In this document: positions 10,885 to 20,122 of the stretch, piece by piece
Numbering within the stretch: the first letter of the stretch is position 1
Layout of the letters: every line of letters begins with the position of its first letter
Origin: Alphaproteobacteria bacterium
GTDB lineage: Bacteria > Pseudomonadota > Alphaproteobacteria > CALKHQ01
Assembly (NCBI GenBank): GCA_965227515.1
Contig: CBDDFZ010000001.1
Span: 992,001 to 1,056,000, forward strand
Direction of reading: 5' to 3'
Length of the DNA: 64,000 bases
Position numbers and translations under genes: made by a program
Notes under the pieces: generated by a model
Databases searched by the model: none
What the model was told of the DNA's origin: nothing
Seen by the model: the letters and a program-made list of their open reading frames with translations, nothing else

Positions 10885-11391
10885 TCACTCGTCTGCAAGC
10901 TCGGCGATGTCGCCGACGCGGACGCCATCCTTCTCGCTCTCCGGCAGCGCATCCAGCATGGCTTGAACGGTCAGCCCGCTCTGCGGGTCGGTCAGGCCGG
11001 GCGCAATCTCCGCCAGCGGCTGCAGCACGAAGCCGCGCTCGGCGATCCGCGGGTGCGGCACCTCAAGCTCAGGGGTCTCGATGATCAGGTCGTCGACGTA
11101 GAGAATGTCGATATCGACCACCCGCGGGCCGTAGCGGTATGTCGGCTGACGGCCGACCGCGGACTCGATGGCCTGGGTCCGGGCCAGCAGCGCGCGTGGC
11201 ACCAACTCCGTCGTTCCGATAGCGGCCATGTTGAGGAAAGCCGGCTGGTCCACGACATAGCGTGGGGCCGTCTGATACACGGCGGATGCGGTCAGGTCGG
11301 CCACGTGGGCGGCCAGTCCGTCCAGGGCCGCGCGCAAGGCGCCGGCCCGATCGCCCAGATTGGCACCCAGCGCCAAGGCGACGCGGTGCAT
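10885..11391 (-). CDS. folK: 2-amino-4-hydroxy-6-hydroxymethyldihydropteridine diphosphokinase
   Basis: LALGANLGDR, DQPAFLN, GPRVVDIDIL and PHPRIAERGFVL motifs. Confidence 0.95.
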   Translation of the reverse strand: MHRVALALGANLGDRAGALRAALDGLAAHVADLTASAVYQTAPRYVVDQPAFLNMAAIGTTELVPRALLARTQAIESAVGRQPTYRYGPRVVDIDILYVDDLIIETPELEVPHPRIAERGFVLQPLAEIAPGLTDPQSGLTVQAMLDALPESEKDGVRVGDIAELADE

Positions 11392-11409
11392 CGCCGGCCT
11401 CTCCCTAAC

Positions 11410-12432
11410 CTAACGATCCGGACCGCTGAGCGCGGCGCGTGGCACCAGATGGTGGGCTGGCACGTCCTCGCGCAACGTCATGCCGACCACCCGGTCGATC
11501 TCGGTCGCCAGCACCTCGGTCCCCGGCCGGGCGAACATCAGGTCGTCGCGGGCCAGGGTGGTGCCGGCCGCCAGGTCGCGTGCCGCGATCACGCCCTTGC
11601 GCACCAGCGGCAGCAGCGACTCCTCGCTCGGCTGCCGCGCCTTGTCGGCCAAGCCGACAGCGGCGCGGATCTCCGGCACGATGGCCACCAACGCGGCCAA
11701 CTCTTGCGGCTCGTAAGACAGCGCGTGATCGCGGAAGGTGCGGCCCTCGCGCCGGTCGGTGACGTGCACCTCCAGGATCGGCGCGCCCAGCGCGACCGCC
11801 GCGTAGCACGCCGCCGGGCCGATGACGTGGTTGGAGAACCCGACCGTCACGCCATAGCGTTCGCGCAGCGCCGGGATCACCGCCACATGCGCCTCGCTGG
11901 CAGGGGTGGGGTAGGCGCTGGTGCACTGCATCAGGATCAACCGGTCGGCCAGCGCGTCGGCGCCGATCTCCTCGCGCGCCCAGCCCACCGCCTGGTCGAT
12001 CTCGTCCAGCGTGCCGAGCCCGGTGGAGATGATGATCTTGCGGCCGGTCGCCGCCGCGGCGCGAATCACCGGCTCGAAGGTCAGGTCGCCGCTGGCGATC
12101 TTGATCGCCTCGCCCAGCTCGGCCAGCAACGGCACCGCATCCTCGGTCACGGCGGTCGAGAAGAACGCGATGCCGGCCTCTGCGGCCACCTGTGCCAGCA
12201 TGCGGTGGGCGGCTTCGTCCAGCGCGAACCGGCCGACGCGTTCCAGCCGCTCGGCGTCGTTGGCGGCGGCATAGCGGGCCGGCGTGTAGGTCTGGAACTT
12301 CACCGCGTCCGCGCCGGCGTCGGCGGCCAGGCGGACCAGATTGGCCGCGGCTTCCGGATCGCCCTCGTGGTTGACGCCGATCTCGGCCACCACGGCCGTT
12401 TCCACTTGCAGGTCCTTGCCAAAAATATGCAT
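11410..12432 (-). CDS. NeuB-family nonulosonic acid synthase with C-terminal SAF domain
   Basis: AEIGVNHEG, ADAVKFQ, KIASGD, STG, CTSAYP and EVH motifs; SAF-like tail. Confidence 0.9.
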   Translation of the reverse strand: MHIFGKDLQVETAVVAEIGVNHEGDPEAAANLVRLAADAGADAVKFQTYTPARYAAANDAERLERVGRFALDEAAHRMLAQVAAEAGIAFFSTAVTEDAVPLLAELGEAIKIASGDLTFEPVIRAAAATGRKIIISTGLGTLDEIDQAVGWAREEIGADALADRLILMQCTSAYPTPASEAHVAVIPALRERYGVTVGFSNHVIGPAACYAAVALGAPILEVHVTDRREGRTFRDHALSYEPQELAALVAIVPEIRAAVGLADKARQPSEESLLPLVRKGVIAARDLAAGTTLARDDLMFARPGTEVLATEIDRVVGMTLREDVPAHHLVPRAALSGPDR

Positions 12433-12444
12433 CTGCTCCGCCGC

Positions 12445-13560
12445 CTATTCCGCCGCCAGAAGTCGAGGGGCCGCCCGGTCGGCATCCGATGCCGCCGGCC
12501 GGTCGGTGAGTGTCAGGAACACGAGCTTGGCGAGCGTGCGCGCCTTCGCCTTGGCGCCCGCCATGTGGTTGAGGACGCCGCGCCAGCCGCCGGCCGATGG
12601 CGCGCCGGACAGGTCGTAGCCCACCGCGCGGGCGCTGCGCCCGCAGATCGCGGCGATCAGACCGAGGGCGCGGTCGTCCAGCCGGTCCTTCCAGCGCTCG
12701 TTCGGTGTGGTCACCACGCCGCTGCCTTCTTCCTGCGGGTCGTTGCTGGTGCCATAGGACAGGGCGGCGATGCCGGCGGCCAGCGCCGCTTCGTCCATCG
12801 CCGGCAGGCCGAGGGCGGCAAACAGTGCGCGCGCCATCGCCGCCGGGTCGCGGGTCAGATCCTCGAACCGCAGCACCACGGTGCGGTCGGGATGGCGGCG
12901 GGCCAGCCGGCGCTGCTGGCGGGTCATGTTGCGCCAGTGCAGCGCCGTCTCGACGATGTCGCGCGGCTGGACCGCGAAATCGGTGTCGCCACGGGCATCG
13001 GCATGGCGCTTGGCCATGGAGGCGACGGCACCGCGCGGGTCGCGCACGATCATCACGAACCGGCCTTGCGGGAACGCTGCCGGCAGCTCGTCGACGCCCC
13101 AGAAGTCGTTGCCCTTGTCCAACCACGCCACCATGCCGGCCGGGTCGCGGCGCTCATCGGGATCGAGCGCCACCGTCAGCGGATAGAGCTGATAGAGGTC
13201 GTGCAGGTTCTTTTCCGCCGCCGCCAGATTGGACAGCCGCACATAGGCCTGGCTGCGCGCCTGGTCCAGGCTGTCGCGCACCTCGGCGCGGCGCAGGTAA
13301 TAGGGCGTCCACAGGAGCTGGCGCCACAGCCGGTCATGCACCTTGCGGCGATAGCGCCAGACATGGACCATGAAGGCACTGGGGCCGGCCATGGCAATGA
13401 CGCCGGGGTGGAGCGCGATGATCGACTGCAACAGCGATGTGCCGCCGCGCGCGCTGCCGACGACATAGATCAGCCGCTCCAGCGCCTGGCGGGGCGGGCC
13501 GCCCAAAGTCTCCAGCAACTGGTCGCGCAATGTCTTGGCGTCGCGCAATGTCTTGGCCAT
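12445..13560 (-). CDS. Sulfotransferase family protein
   Basis: 5'-PSB-like VGSARGGTSLL, 3'-PB-like RDPRGAVAS, and RFEDL..DP. Confidence 0.85.
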   Translation of the reverse strand: MAKTLRDAKTLRDQLLETLGGPPRQALERLIYVVGSARGGTSLLQSIIALHPGVIAMAGPSAFMVHVWRYRRKVHDRLWRQLLWTPYYLRRAEVRDSLDQARSQAYVRLSNLAAAEKNLHDLYQLYPLTVALDPDERRDPAGMVAWLDKGNDFWGVDELPAAFPQGRFVMIVRDPRGAVASMAKRHADARGDTDFAVQPRDIVETALHWRNMTRQQRRLARRHPDRTVVLRFEDLTRDPAAMARALFAALGLPAMDEAALAAGIAALSYGTSNDPQEEGSGVVTTPNERWKDRLDDRALGLIAAICGRSARAVGYDLSGAPSAGGWRGVLNHMAGAKAKARTLAKLVFLTLTDRPAASDADRAAPRLLAAE

Positions 13561-13830
13561 CGAATATGGAGGGGTCCAGACGGCGCGCGTCCGGCGCCGA
13601 AACCGGGCGGATCATTCACCACGTGAACGAACGGGTCAAGCTGAAATTCATGGCGTGAATTTCAAACCGGCGCGCCATTCGGCCGGCCCGGCCCTGGCGG
13701 TTTCGCGCCGTTATCGCTGGCCAGGGGCAGCGAAATTGCCTATCCAGGACGCGGTCGTGCCGCGCGGATGCGGCGGCACTTCGTGGCACGCGCGAGCAGG
13801 TCCGCGCGACGCCCGTCCATTCCGACACGC

Positions 13831-15129
13831 GTGCATCCGGGGTTCCCCTTCCTGAGACCGCCATTCCCTGTCGATGCCATCGGCCGGCGCATGTTCTATG
13901 GCTGGGCGGTGCTGTTCGTGGCCGCCGCCGGCATGTTCGTCAGCGGCGCCGGGCAGTCGTTCAATTTCTCCGTCTTCGTCGAGCCGATCGAGCGCGAGCT
14001 CGGCATGACCTCCACCGGTGTCGCCAGCGCCTATGGACTGGCGACCCTGGGCGCCTCGTTCCTGCTGCCCTATGTCGGCCGGCTGATCGACAGGTATGGC
14101 CCGCGCCGCGTGCTGCTGGCCGTGTCGGTGGCCCTGGGGGCCGGCTGCGTCGCGTTCTCGTTCGTCGCCGACCCGGTGACCCTGACCCTGGGCTTCGCGG
14201 TGCTGCGCTTCCTCGGCCAGGGCGCGATGATGCTGGTCTGCGGCAACATGGTGGCCCAGTGGTTCGCGGCCAGGCGCGGGCTTGCGCTCAGCCTGATGAC
14301 GCTCGGTTTCGCGGCGTCGATGGCGCTTTATCCACCGCTCGGCGCGCATCTGATGGAGGGTGCGAGCTGGCGCGACGCGTGGCCCTGGTTCGGCGGCCTG
14401 ACCCTGGTGCTGATGGTGCCGCTGGTGCTGCTGCTGGCCCGCGACAAGCCGGAGGACTTCGGCCTGAAGCCCGACGGCGTGGGGCGCAACGGGCGCCCCG
14501 ACGATGCCGGCCCGCAACCGGTGTGGGCGCAGCCGGACCGTGGGCTGTCGCTGACCGCGGCGCTGCGAACGCCGGCGTTCTACATCATCGCCGCCGGCAT
14601 GTTCGCGATCTCGATGCTGTCGACGGCGCTGCACATCTTCCAGGTGCGCATCCTGACCAGCCAGGGCATCTCGGACGATACCGCCGCGCTGGGGTTCACC
14701 GTGTCGGCCATCACCATGGCGGCCGCGATGCCGCTGCTGGGGCGGTTGATGGACAAGGTCGACGCCAAGCCCGTGTTCATGGCGGCATTGTTCGTCCAGG
14801 CGCTGAGCCTGCTGCTGGCGTCGCTGGCGACATCGGTGCCGCTGGCGCTCGCCTACTCGGCCGTGTTCGGCATCACTAATGCTTCGAGCCTGGTGCTGGC
14901 CAGCTTCATATGGCCGCGCTATTTCGGCCGCCGGCATCTGGGTGCGGTGCAGGGCACCGCCACCACCATCGTGGTCGTCGGCGCCTCGGTCGGGCCGACG
15001 CCGTTGGGCGCGGGCTACGACCTGTTCGGCGACTTTGCGCTCACGCTGCAGTTGCTGGCCGTCGTGCCGGTGGCGCTGATCTTGCTGGCCGGCTGCCTGA
15101 AGGTGCCGGCGGAGATGGAGCCCACGTGA
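13831..15129 (+). CDS. MFS transporter (start uncertain; alternative ATG at 13891)
   Basis: About 12 TM segments; GRLIDRYGPR and GRLMDKVD MFS motifs; YFGRRHLG. Confidence 0.9.
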   Translation: MHPGFPFLRPPFPVDAIGRRMFYGWAVLFVAAAGMFVSGAGQSFNFSVFVEPIERELGMTSTGVASAYGLATLGASFLLPYVGRLIDRYGPRRVLLAVSVALGAGCVAFSFVADPVTLTLGFAVLRFLGQGAMMLVCGNMVAQWFAARRGLALSLMTLGFAASMALYPPLGAHLMEGASWRDAWPWFGGLTLVLMVPLVLLLARDKPEDFGLKPDGVGRNGRPDDAGPQPVWAQPDRGLSLTAALRTPAFYIIAAGMFAISMLSTALHIFQVRILTSQGISDDTAALGFTVSAITMAAAMPLLGRLMDKVDAKPVFMAALFVQALSLLLASLATSVPLALAYSAVFGITNASSLVLASFIWPRYFGRRHLGAVQGTATTIVVVGASVGPTPLGAGYDLFGDFALTLQLLAVVPVALILLAGCLKVPAEMEPT

Positions 15130-15142
15130 CGTAGGATCGAGG

Positions 15143-15277
15143 TCAGACGATCCCCATCCATGTCATCGCCGCCAGGGTCACCACAGACGCGAAGGCGGAG
15201 ATCAGGCCGTATTCGATGGCGGTGATGCCATCCCGGTTGGACAGAAATTCCTTCAGGCAACCAAGTCGCTTCGACAT
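15143..15277 (-). pseudogene. Flp/Fap pilin, probably frameshifted
   Basis: G|ITAIEYGLI Flp motif. An early TGA follows a G4 run; adding one G restores the Flp-like tail MGDRLTSILRHVG. Confidence 0.65.
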
Positions 15278-15351
15278 TACAGGATCCACCACTATCGCCG
15301 CGCCGGATCGTTGCAGGCGGGCTTGTTGCGGGGGTCCGGCGCCAGCCGTGG

Positions 15352-15366
15352 TTAACGCCGGGTTAA
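15352..15366. promoter_or_regulatory. CtrA-binding site (TTAA-N7-TTAA)
   Basis: TTAA CGCCGGG TTAA, ~75 bp upstream of the Flp gene that starts at 15277. Confidence 0.75.
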
Positions 15367-15443
15367 TGTTCGAAAGTGTCTCAACAGCCCTGTGTATTTG
15401 CAGCAAATTTTATGTAACGGCGTGTAACAATCGGGGGCGACGC

Positions 15444-15475
15444 AAACGAAAACGGGGCCGGCATGGCCGACCCCG
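15444..15475 (-). terminator. Intrinsic terminator downstream of Flp pilin 15622-15807
   Basis: Minus-strand hairpin CGGGGTCGGCC-AT-GCCGGCCCCG followed by TTTTCGTTT. Confidence 0.6.
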
Positions 15476-15621
15476 CTTCAATGTTTGGCTTTTGAATCCG
15501 ACGGGCGCAGACAGCGAAACGGCCGGCGCCCCACACGCCGACCGTCCGCACCCCCATGCCTATCGCATCGCAGGCTAGAGCATGATCATTCTAGATTTCC
15601 AACAGGCGCGTCTCTTGCCGA

Positions 15622-15807
15622 TCAGGCGCCGCTGCCGCTGCCGACCGACGCTGCGCCGATCTCCGAGGATACCGTGGTGAACATCGTCTCCAGGCTGCCG
15701 CCCATGGCGTTCAAAGCGCCGATGGCGGCGACCGAGACCAGGGCCGCGATCAGGCCGTACTCGATGGCGGTTGCACCGTCTTCCTCGGTGAAAAAGCGCT
15801 TCAACAT
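15622..15807 (-). CDS. Flp family type IVb pilin
   Basis: MLKRFFTEEDG|ATAIEYGLIAAL; GGAGG RBS. Confidence 0.93.
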   Translation of the reverse strand: MLKRFFTEEDGATAIEYGLIAALVSVAAIGALNAMGGSLETMFTTVSSEIGAASVGSGSGA

Positions 15808-16080
15808 GACCAGTGCCTCCTGCATTCGATCGGTTGATGTCTCGTCCAGGACGGCGCCTCATTCCGTCCTCGCAAAACAACTGTGCCAAAAGCGAGCGGC
15901 ATTCGCAAATAGATTTGTGTATCGTTGTGTAAAATTTGAAACACAAACAGCGGGATTTTTGTCGATGGTATGGTAAACACTTGGTAAATACACTGCATTT
16001 ACCATTAATGAATATTACTTCTGAGGGATATCGGCTACAAAAGACGGCGTCGCCGACTAGCCGAACACGCGATTGGCACA

Positions 16081-16112
16081 ACAAGAAAGGCCCGCCGTGA
16101 CGGGCGGGCCTT
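16081..16112 (-). terminator. Intrinsic terminator downstream of Flp pilin 16149-16328
   Basis: AAGGCCCGCC-N6-GGCGGGCCTT perfect stem, followed by TCTTGT on the minus strand. Confidence 0.7.
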
Positions 16113-16148
16113 GTTGGGGTTGGCGTGTTCTTGCGCTGAGGTGGGCGA

Positions 16149-16328
16149 TCAGCCGCCCGATCCGCTGGTCGCGCCATCGATGGCGGTGGACATGGTGCCG
16201 AACACGGTCTCCAGGCTCTCGCCAAGGGTGCCGAGCGCCGCGATCGCGCCGATTGCCACCAGGGCCGCGATCAGCCCGTACTCGATGGCGGTGGCTCCGT
16301 CCTCGTCCTGCCAGAAGCGCTTCAGCAT
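16149..16328 (-). CDS. Flp family type IVb pilin
   Basis: MLKRFWQDEDG|ATAIEYGLIAAL; GGAGA RBS. Confidence 0.93.
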   Translation of the reverse strand: MLKRFWQDEDGATAIEYGLIAALVAIGAIAALGTLGESLETVFGTMSTAIDGATSGSGG

Positions 16329-16684
16329 CGTCGTTTCTCCAATCCTGCCTGGGTGTGGGGCCCAATGCGGAGGTCGCTCTCGCGCCACCGCCGCAATCAA
16401 CTGCCACACTTATGCCAAACATCTCCAAAAATCGCAAACAAAAATCATAGATTTGTTTCTGATTATTATTTCAATTATGAGGTATTTTTGCCATAAAATT
16501 GACAATACATTATCCTAATTACTTTCGATGCTCGGTATCGGGCCGGGTCCGCCTGAAAAATAGGCACGGCTGACGCGGGTGAGGCCACTTGGAAATCGGT
16601 GGGCGGTGTGTTCAACTATGGGTCGCTGCGGGCGCACCGGTGCCTAGGCGACGGAGAACGACACGGGTTTGCCAGGAATGCCAC

Positions 16685-18121
16685 ATGAGTGAGCCGCAAG
16701 GCGGCGAGCCGCGCTGGGCCTTCGACGAGATGAGCGGGCTGGACGGTGTGGTGCGACAGCACTACCAGGCCATCCAGCGCTGGATCGACGAGATGCCGGC
16801 CGATGTGCTGGCCGCCAAGAAGGCGGAGGCCGAGCTGCTCTACAGGCGCATCGGCATCACCTTCGCGGTCTATGGCGAGGGCGGCGACCCGGAACGGCTG
16901 ATCCCGTTCGACGTCGTGCCGCGCATGTTCACCGCCAACGAATGGACGCAACTGGAAGCGGGCCTGCGCCAGCGCGTGACCGCGCTGAACAGCTTCCTGC
17001 AGGACATCTATGGCCAGCAGGAAATCCTCGCCGCCGGCCGCATTCCGCGCGAACTGGTGCTGCTGAACGACGGCTTCCTGCCGGAGATGCACCACCTGAC
17101 GCCGCCGGCCGGCGCGTTCACCCACATCGCCGGGGTCGACATCGTGCGCACCGGCGAAGACGATTTCTATGTGCTGGAGGACAACGTGCGCACCCCCTCC
17201 GGCGTCTCCTACATGCTGGAGAGCCGCGAAGTGATGATGCGGCTGTTCACCGACCTGTTCGAAACCCATCCGGTGGCGCCGGTCGACCAGTACCCGGAGG
17301 AACTGCTGAACACGCTGGCGTCGTGCGCCCCGCCGGGCTGCAACGGCGAGCCGACCATCGTGCTGCTGACGCCGGGCCGCTACAACAGCGCCTATTACGA
17401 GCACTGCTTCCTGTCGGACCTGATGGGCGTGGAGCTGGTGGAGGGCCAGGACCTGTTCGTCATCGACAACGTGGTCTACATGCGCACCACCCGCGGGCCG
17501 CAGCGGGTGGACATCATCTACCGGCGGATCGACGACGACTATCTGGACGCCCTGACCTTCCGCCCCGACAGCGTGCTGGGCGTGGCCGGGCTGTTCAACG
17601 CCTACCGCGCCGGCAACGTCACCATCGCCAACGCGCCGGGGGCGGGCATCGCCGACGACAAGGCGATCTATTCCTACGTGCCCGACATGATCGACTTCTA
17701 TCTCGGCGAGAAGCCGATCCTGAACAATGTGCCGACCTATCGCTGCGGCGAGCCGGAGGACTGCGGCTACGTGCTGGACAATCTGGAATCGCTGGTGGTG
17801 AAGGAGGTTCACGGCTCCGGCGGCTACGGCATGCTGGTCGGCCCCCGGTCGACCGAGGGCGAGCGTGCCGCCTATGCGGAGCGGGTGAAGGCCGATCCCG
17901 GCCAGTTCATCGCCCAGCCGACCCTGGCGCTCAGCACCTCGCCGACCTTCACCGATGCCGACATCGCACCGCGCCACGTCGACCTGCGTGTCTTCGTGCT
18001 GGCCGGCCGCGACATCCGCATCGTGCCGGGTGGGCTGACCCGGGTGGCGCTGAAGGAAGGGTCGCTGGTGGTGAACTCCAGCCAGGGCGGCGGCACCAAG
18101 GACACATGGGTGCTGCGGTGA
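16685..18121 (+). CDS. Circularly permuted type 2 ATP-grasp protein
   Basis: GITF.VY, VLEDNVRTPSGVSY, YRRIDD, GSGGYGM and VVNSSQGGGTKDTWV motifs. Confidence 0.93.
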   Translation: MSEPQGGEPRWAFDEMSGLDGVVRQHYQAIQRWIDEMPADVLAAKKAEAELLYRRIGITFAVYGEGGDPERLIPFDVVPRMFTANEWTQLEAGLRQRVTALNSFLQDIYGQQEILAAGRIPRELVLLNDGFLPEMHHLTPPAGAFTHIAGVDIVRTGEDDFYVLEDNVRTPSGVSYMLESREVMMRLFTDLFETHPVAPVDQYPEELLNTLASCAPPGCNGEPTIVLLTPGRYNSAYYEHCFLSDLMGVELVEGQDLFVIDNVVYMRTTRGPQRVDIIYRRIDDDYLDALTFRPDSVLGVAGLFNAYRAGNVTIANAPGAGIADDKAIYSYVPDMIDFYLGEKPILNNVPTYRCGEPEDCGYVLDNLESLVVKEVHGSGGYGMLVGPRSTEGERAAYAERVKADPGQFIAQPTLALSTSPTFTDADIAPRHVDLRVFVLAGRDIRIVPGGLTRVALKEGSLVVNSSQGGGTKDTWVLR

Positions 18122-18137
18122 CGGACGGTCTATCGCC

Positions 18138-19079
18138 ATGCTGAGCCGAACAGCCGACAGCCTCTACTGGATGGCGCGCTACATCGAGCGGGCGGGCAAT
18201 CTGGCGCGTACTCTGCAGGTGGCCGACCGGATGTCGATCGTCGCGCGCAAGACCGCCGACAACCCGACCGAGTGGCACTCCGCCCTGGTCACCGCGGCGA
18301 CCGAGGTGGCGTACTACAACAGCCACGACCGCGCCGACCGCGACGGCGTGATCGACTATCTGGCGCTGGACAGGAACAACCCGTCGAGCATCATCTCGTG
18401 CTTCGAGGCCGCGCGCGCCTCGGCCCGCGCCGTGCGCGCGGCGCTGACCAGCGATATGTGGGACGTCGTCAACGGCACCTGGCTGGACCTGCAGTCGGGC
18501 CGCATCCTGGAACTGCGCCGCCGCGACCTGAGCGCGTTCCTGGACTGGGTGCGCGAGCGCACCGTGCTGTTCAGCGGCACCGCCGACAGCGGCATGCTGC
18601 GCAACGACGCCTTCTACTTCGTCAATCTGGGCACGCACATCGAGCGGGCGGACAGCACCGCGCGCATCCTGGACGTCAAGTATCACATCCTGCTGGAGCC
18701 CGATCAGGAGATCGGCGGCGGTGTCGACTATCACCAGTGGGCGGCCGTGCTGCGCGCGGTGTCGGCGCTGCGCGCCTATCACTGGATCTATCGCGACCGC
18801 ATCAAGCCCTGGCAGATCGCCGAGCTGTTGATCCTGCGGCCGGAGATGCCGCGCTCGCTGTTGTCGTGCATGGGCGAGGTGAAGTGGAGCCTGGACAAGC
18901 TGGCGGCCGACTATGGCTGGACCCATGAATGCCAGCGCTCGGCCGGCTGGCTGCATTCCAGGCTGACCTATCGCCGCATCGACGACATCTACCAGAGCGG
19001 CCTGCACGAGTTCCTGCGCGAGTTCATCGACAAGACCGGTGAACTGTCGAACGAGATTGCCCGTGCCTATCTGTTCTGA
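18138..19079 (+). CDS. Alpha-E domain protein (DUF403)
   Basis: MLSRTADSLYWMARYIERA, a second IERAD repeat, and PRS. Confidence 0.93.
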   Translation: MLSRTADSLYWMARYIERAGNLARTLQVADRMSIVARKTADNPTEWHSALVTAATEVAYYNSHDRADRDGVIDYLALDRNNPSSIISCFEAARASARAVRAALTSDMWDVVNGTWLDLQSGRILELRRRDLSAFLDWVRERTVLFSGTADSGMLRNDAFYFVNLGTHIERADSTARILDVKYHILLEPDQEIGGGVDYHQWAAVLRAVSALRAYHWIYRDRIKPWQIAELLILRPEMPRSLLSCMGEVKWSLDKLAADYGWTHECQRSAGWLHSRLTYRRIDDIYQSGLHEFLREFIDKTGELSNEIARAYLF

Positions 19080-19130
19080 TCCGGCGCCGCACCGTCGCGC
19101 GGTCAGGCGAAAGGGGGCCTGATTCAAGCC

Positions 19131-20057
19131 ATGCAGCTGCATATCCGCCACCTGACCACCTATACCTACTCCGAGCCGCTGACCTACTCGATCCAGAGCC
19201 TGCGCCTCACACCCAGGGGGTGCGGCAACCAGCAGGTCATGCGCTGGTCGGTGACCGGCATGGACCGCGGCCGCCTGCCCGAGGTGATCGACGCCTTCGG
19301 CAACCCGGTGCAGACATTGTCGGTCACCCGCCGGCCGCAGCGAGACAACCTCGCCGCGATGCAGGACCCGAACCACAATTTGTGGGCAGGTGGCCAGTCG
19401 CAATCGCAATCCCAGGCGCAGATTCAGGCGGACGACGAAGAAACCGGCCCAGCCGACGAGATCGTGATCTGGGCCGAGGGCGACGTGGTGACCCAGGACA
19501 GCCATGGCATCATCCGCAACGCCGAGGAGACGTTCCCGGTCGACTTCTACCTGCGCGACACCCCGCTGACCGAGGTGAACGCGGAACTGGGCGATCTCGC
19601 GGACAGCGCACCCGGCGACAGCGACGACGTGACCCGCATCCACAAGCTGATGCAGGCGATCCGCGACCGGGTGGAGTACCGCACCGGCGTCACCCACGCC
19701 GCCACGCCCGCCGCGGTGGCGCTGGAGCACGGCCATGGCGTGTGCCAGGACCACGCCCACGTACTGATCGCCTGCGCGCGCCATCTCGGCTATCCGGCCC
19801 GCTACATCAACGGCTACATGCATGTCGAAGGCGAGGAGGACGGACCCTACGAGGCGGCCCACGCCTGGGCCGAGATCCATCTGCCCGACCTGGGCTGGGT
19901 CGGCTTCGATCCGGCCAACCGGGTCTGTCCCACCGAGGGCTATGTGCGCATGTCGGTCGGCCTGGACTTCGGCAGCGCCACCCCGGTGCGCGGCGTGCGC
20001 ACCGGCGGCGGCGAGGAAACGATGACGGTGGAGGTCCACGTCTCGCGCGTGGATTAG
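19131..20057 (+). CDS. Transglutaminase-like protein
   Basis: N-terminal IRHLTTYTY; catalytic GVCQDHAH, HAWAE and GFDPAN. Confidence 0.93.
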   Translation: MQLHIRHLTTYTYSEPLTYSIQSLRLTPRGCGNQQVMRWSVTGMDRGRLPEVIDAFGNPVQTLSVTRRPQRDNLAAMQDPNHNLWAGGQSQSQSQAQIQADDEETGPADEIVIWAEGDVVTQDSHGIIRNAEETFPVDFYLRDTPLTEVNAELGDLADSAPGDSDDVTRIHKLMQAIRDRVEYRTGVTHAATPAAVALEHGHGVCQDHAHVLIACARHLGYPARYINGYMHVEGEEDGPYEAAHAWAEIHLPDLGWVGFDPANRVCPTEGYVRMSVGLDFGSATPVRGVRTGGGEETMTVEVHVSRVD

Positions 20058-20122
20058 GGGGCGGCAATACGCCTACCGATTCCGGGATAGCGCACCGGCC
20101 TCGAATCGCCGAATATGACGCC

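Noticed and set aside
10672-13626. 984-aa plus-strand ORF
   Set aside because: Antisense to folK, NeuB and the sulfotransferase; R/G/A-rich with no domain.
16655-16675. Sigma-54 promoter before the Anbu operon (GACACGGGTTTGC)
   Set aside because: Lacks the GG at -24 and has the wrong spacing.
19220-20122. Apparent 300-aa N-terminal extension of Anbu in the ORF track
   Set aside because: Overlaps the transglutaminase in another frame; Anbu needs Thr1 after Met at 20123.
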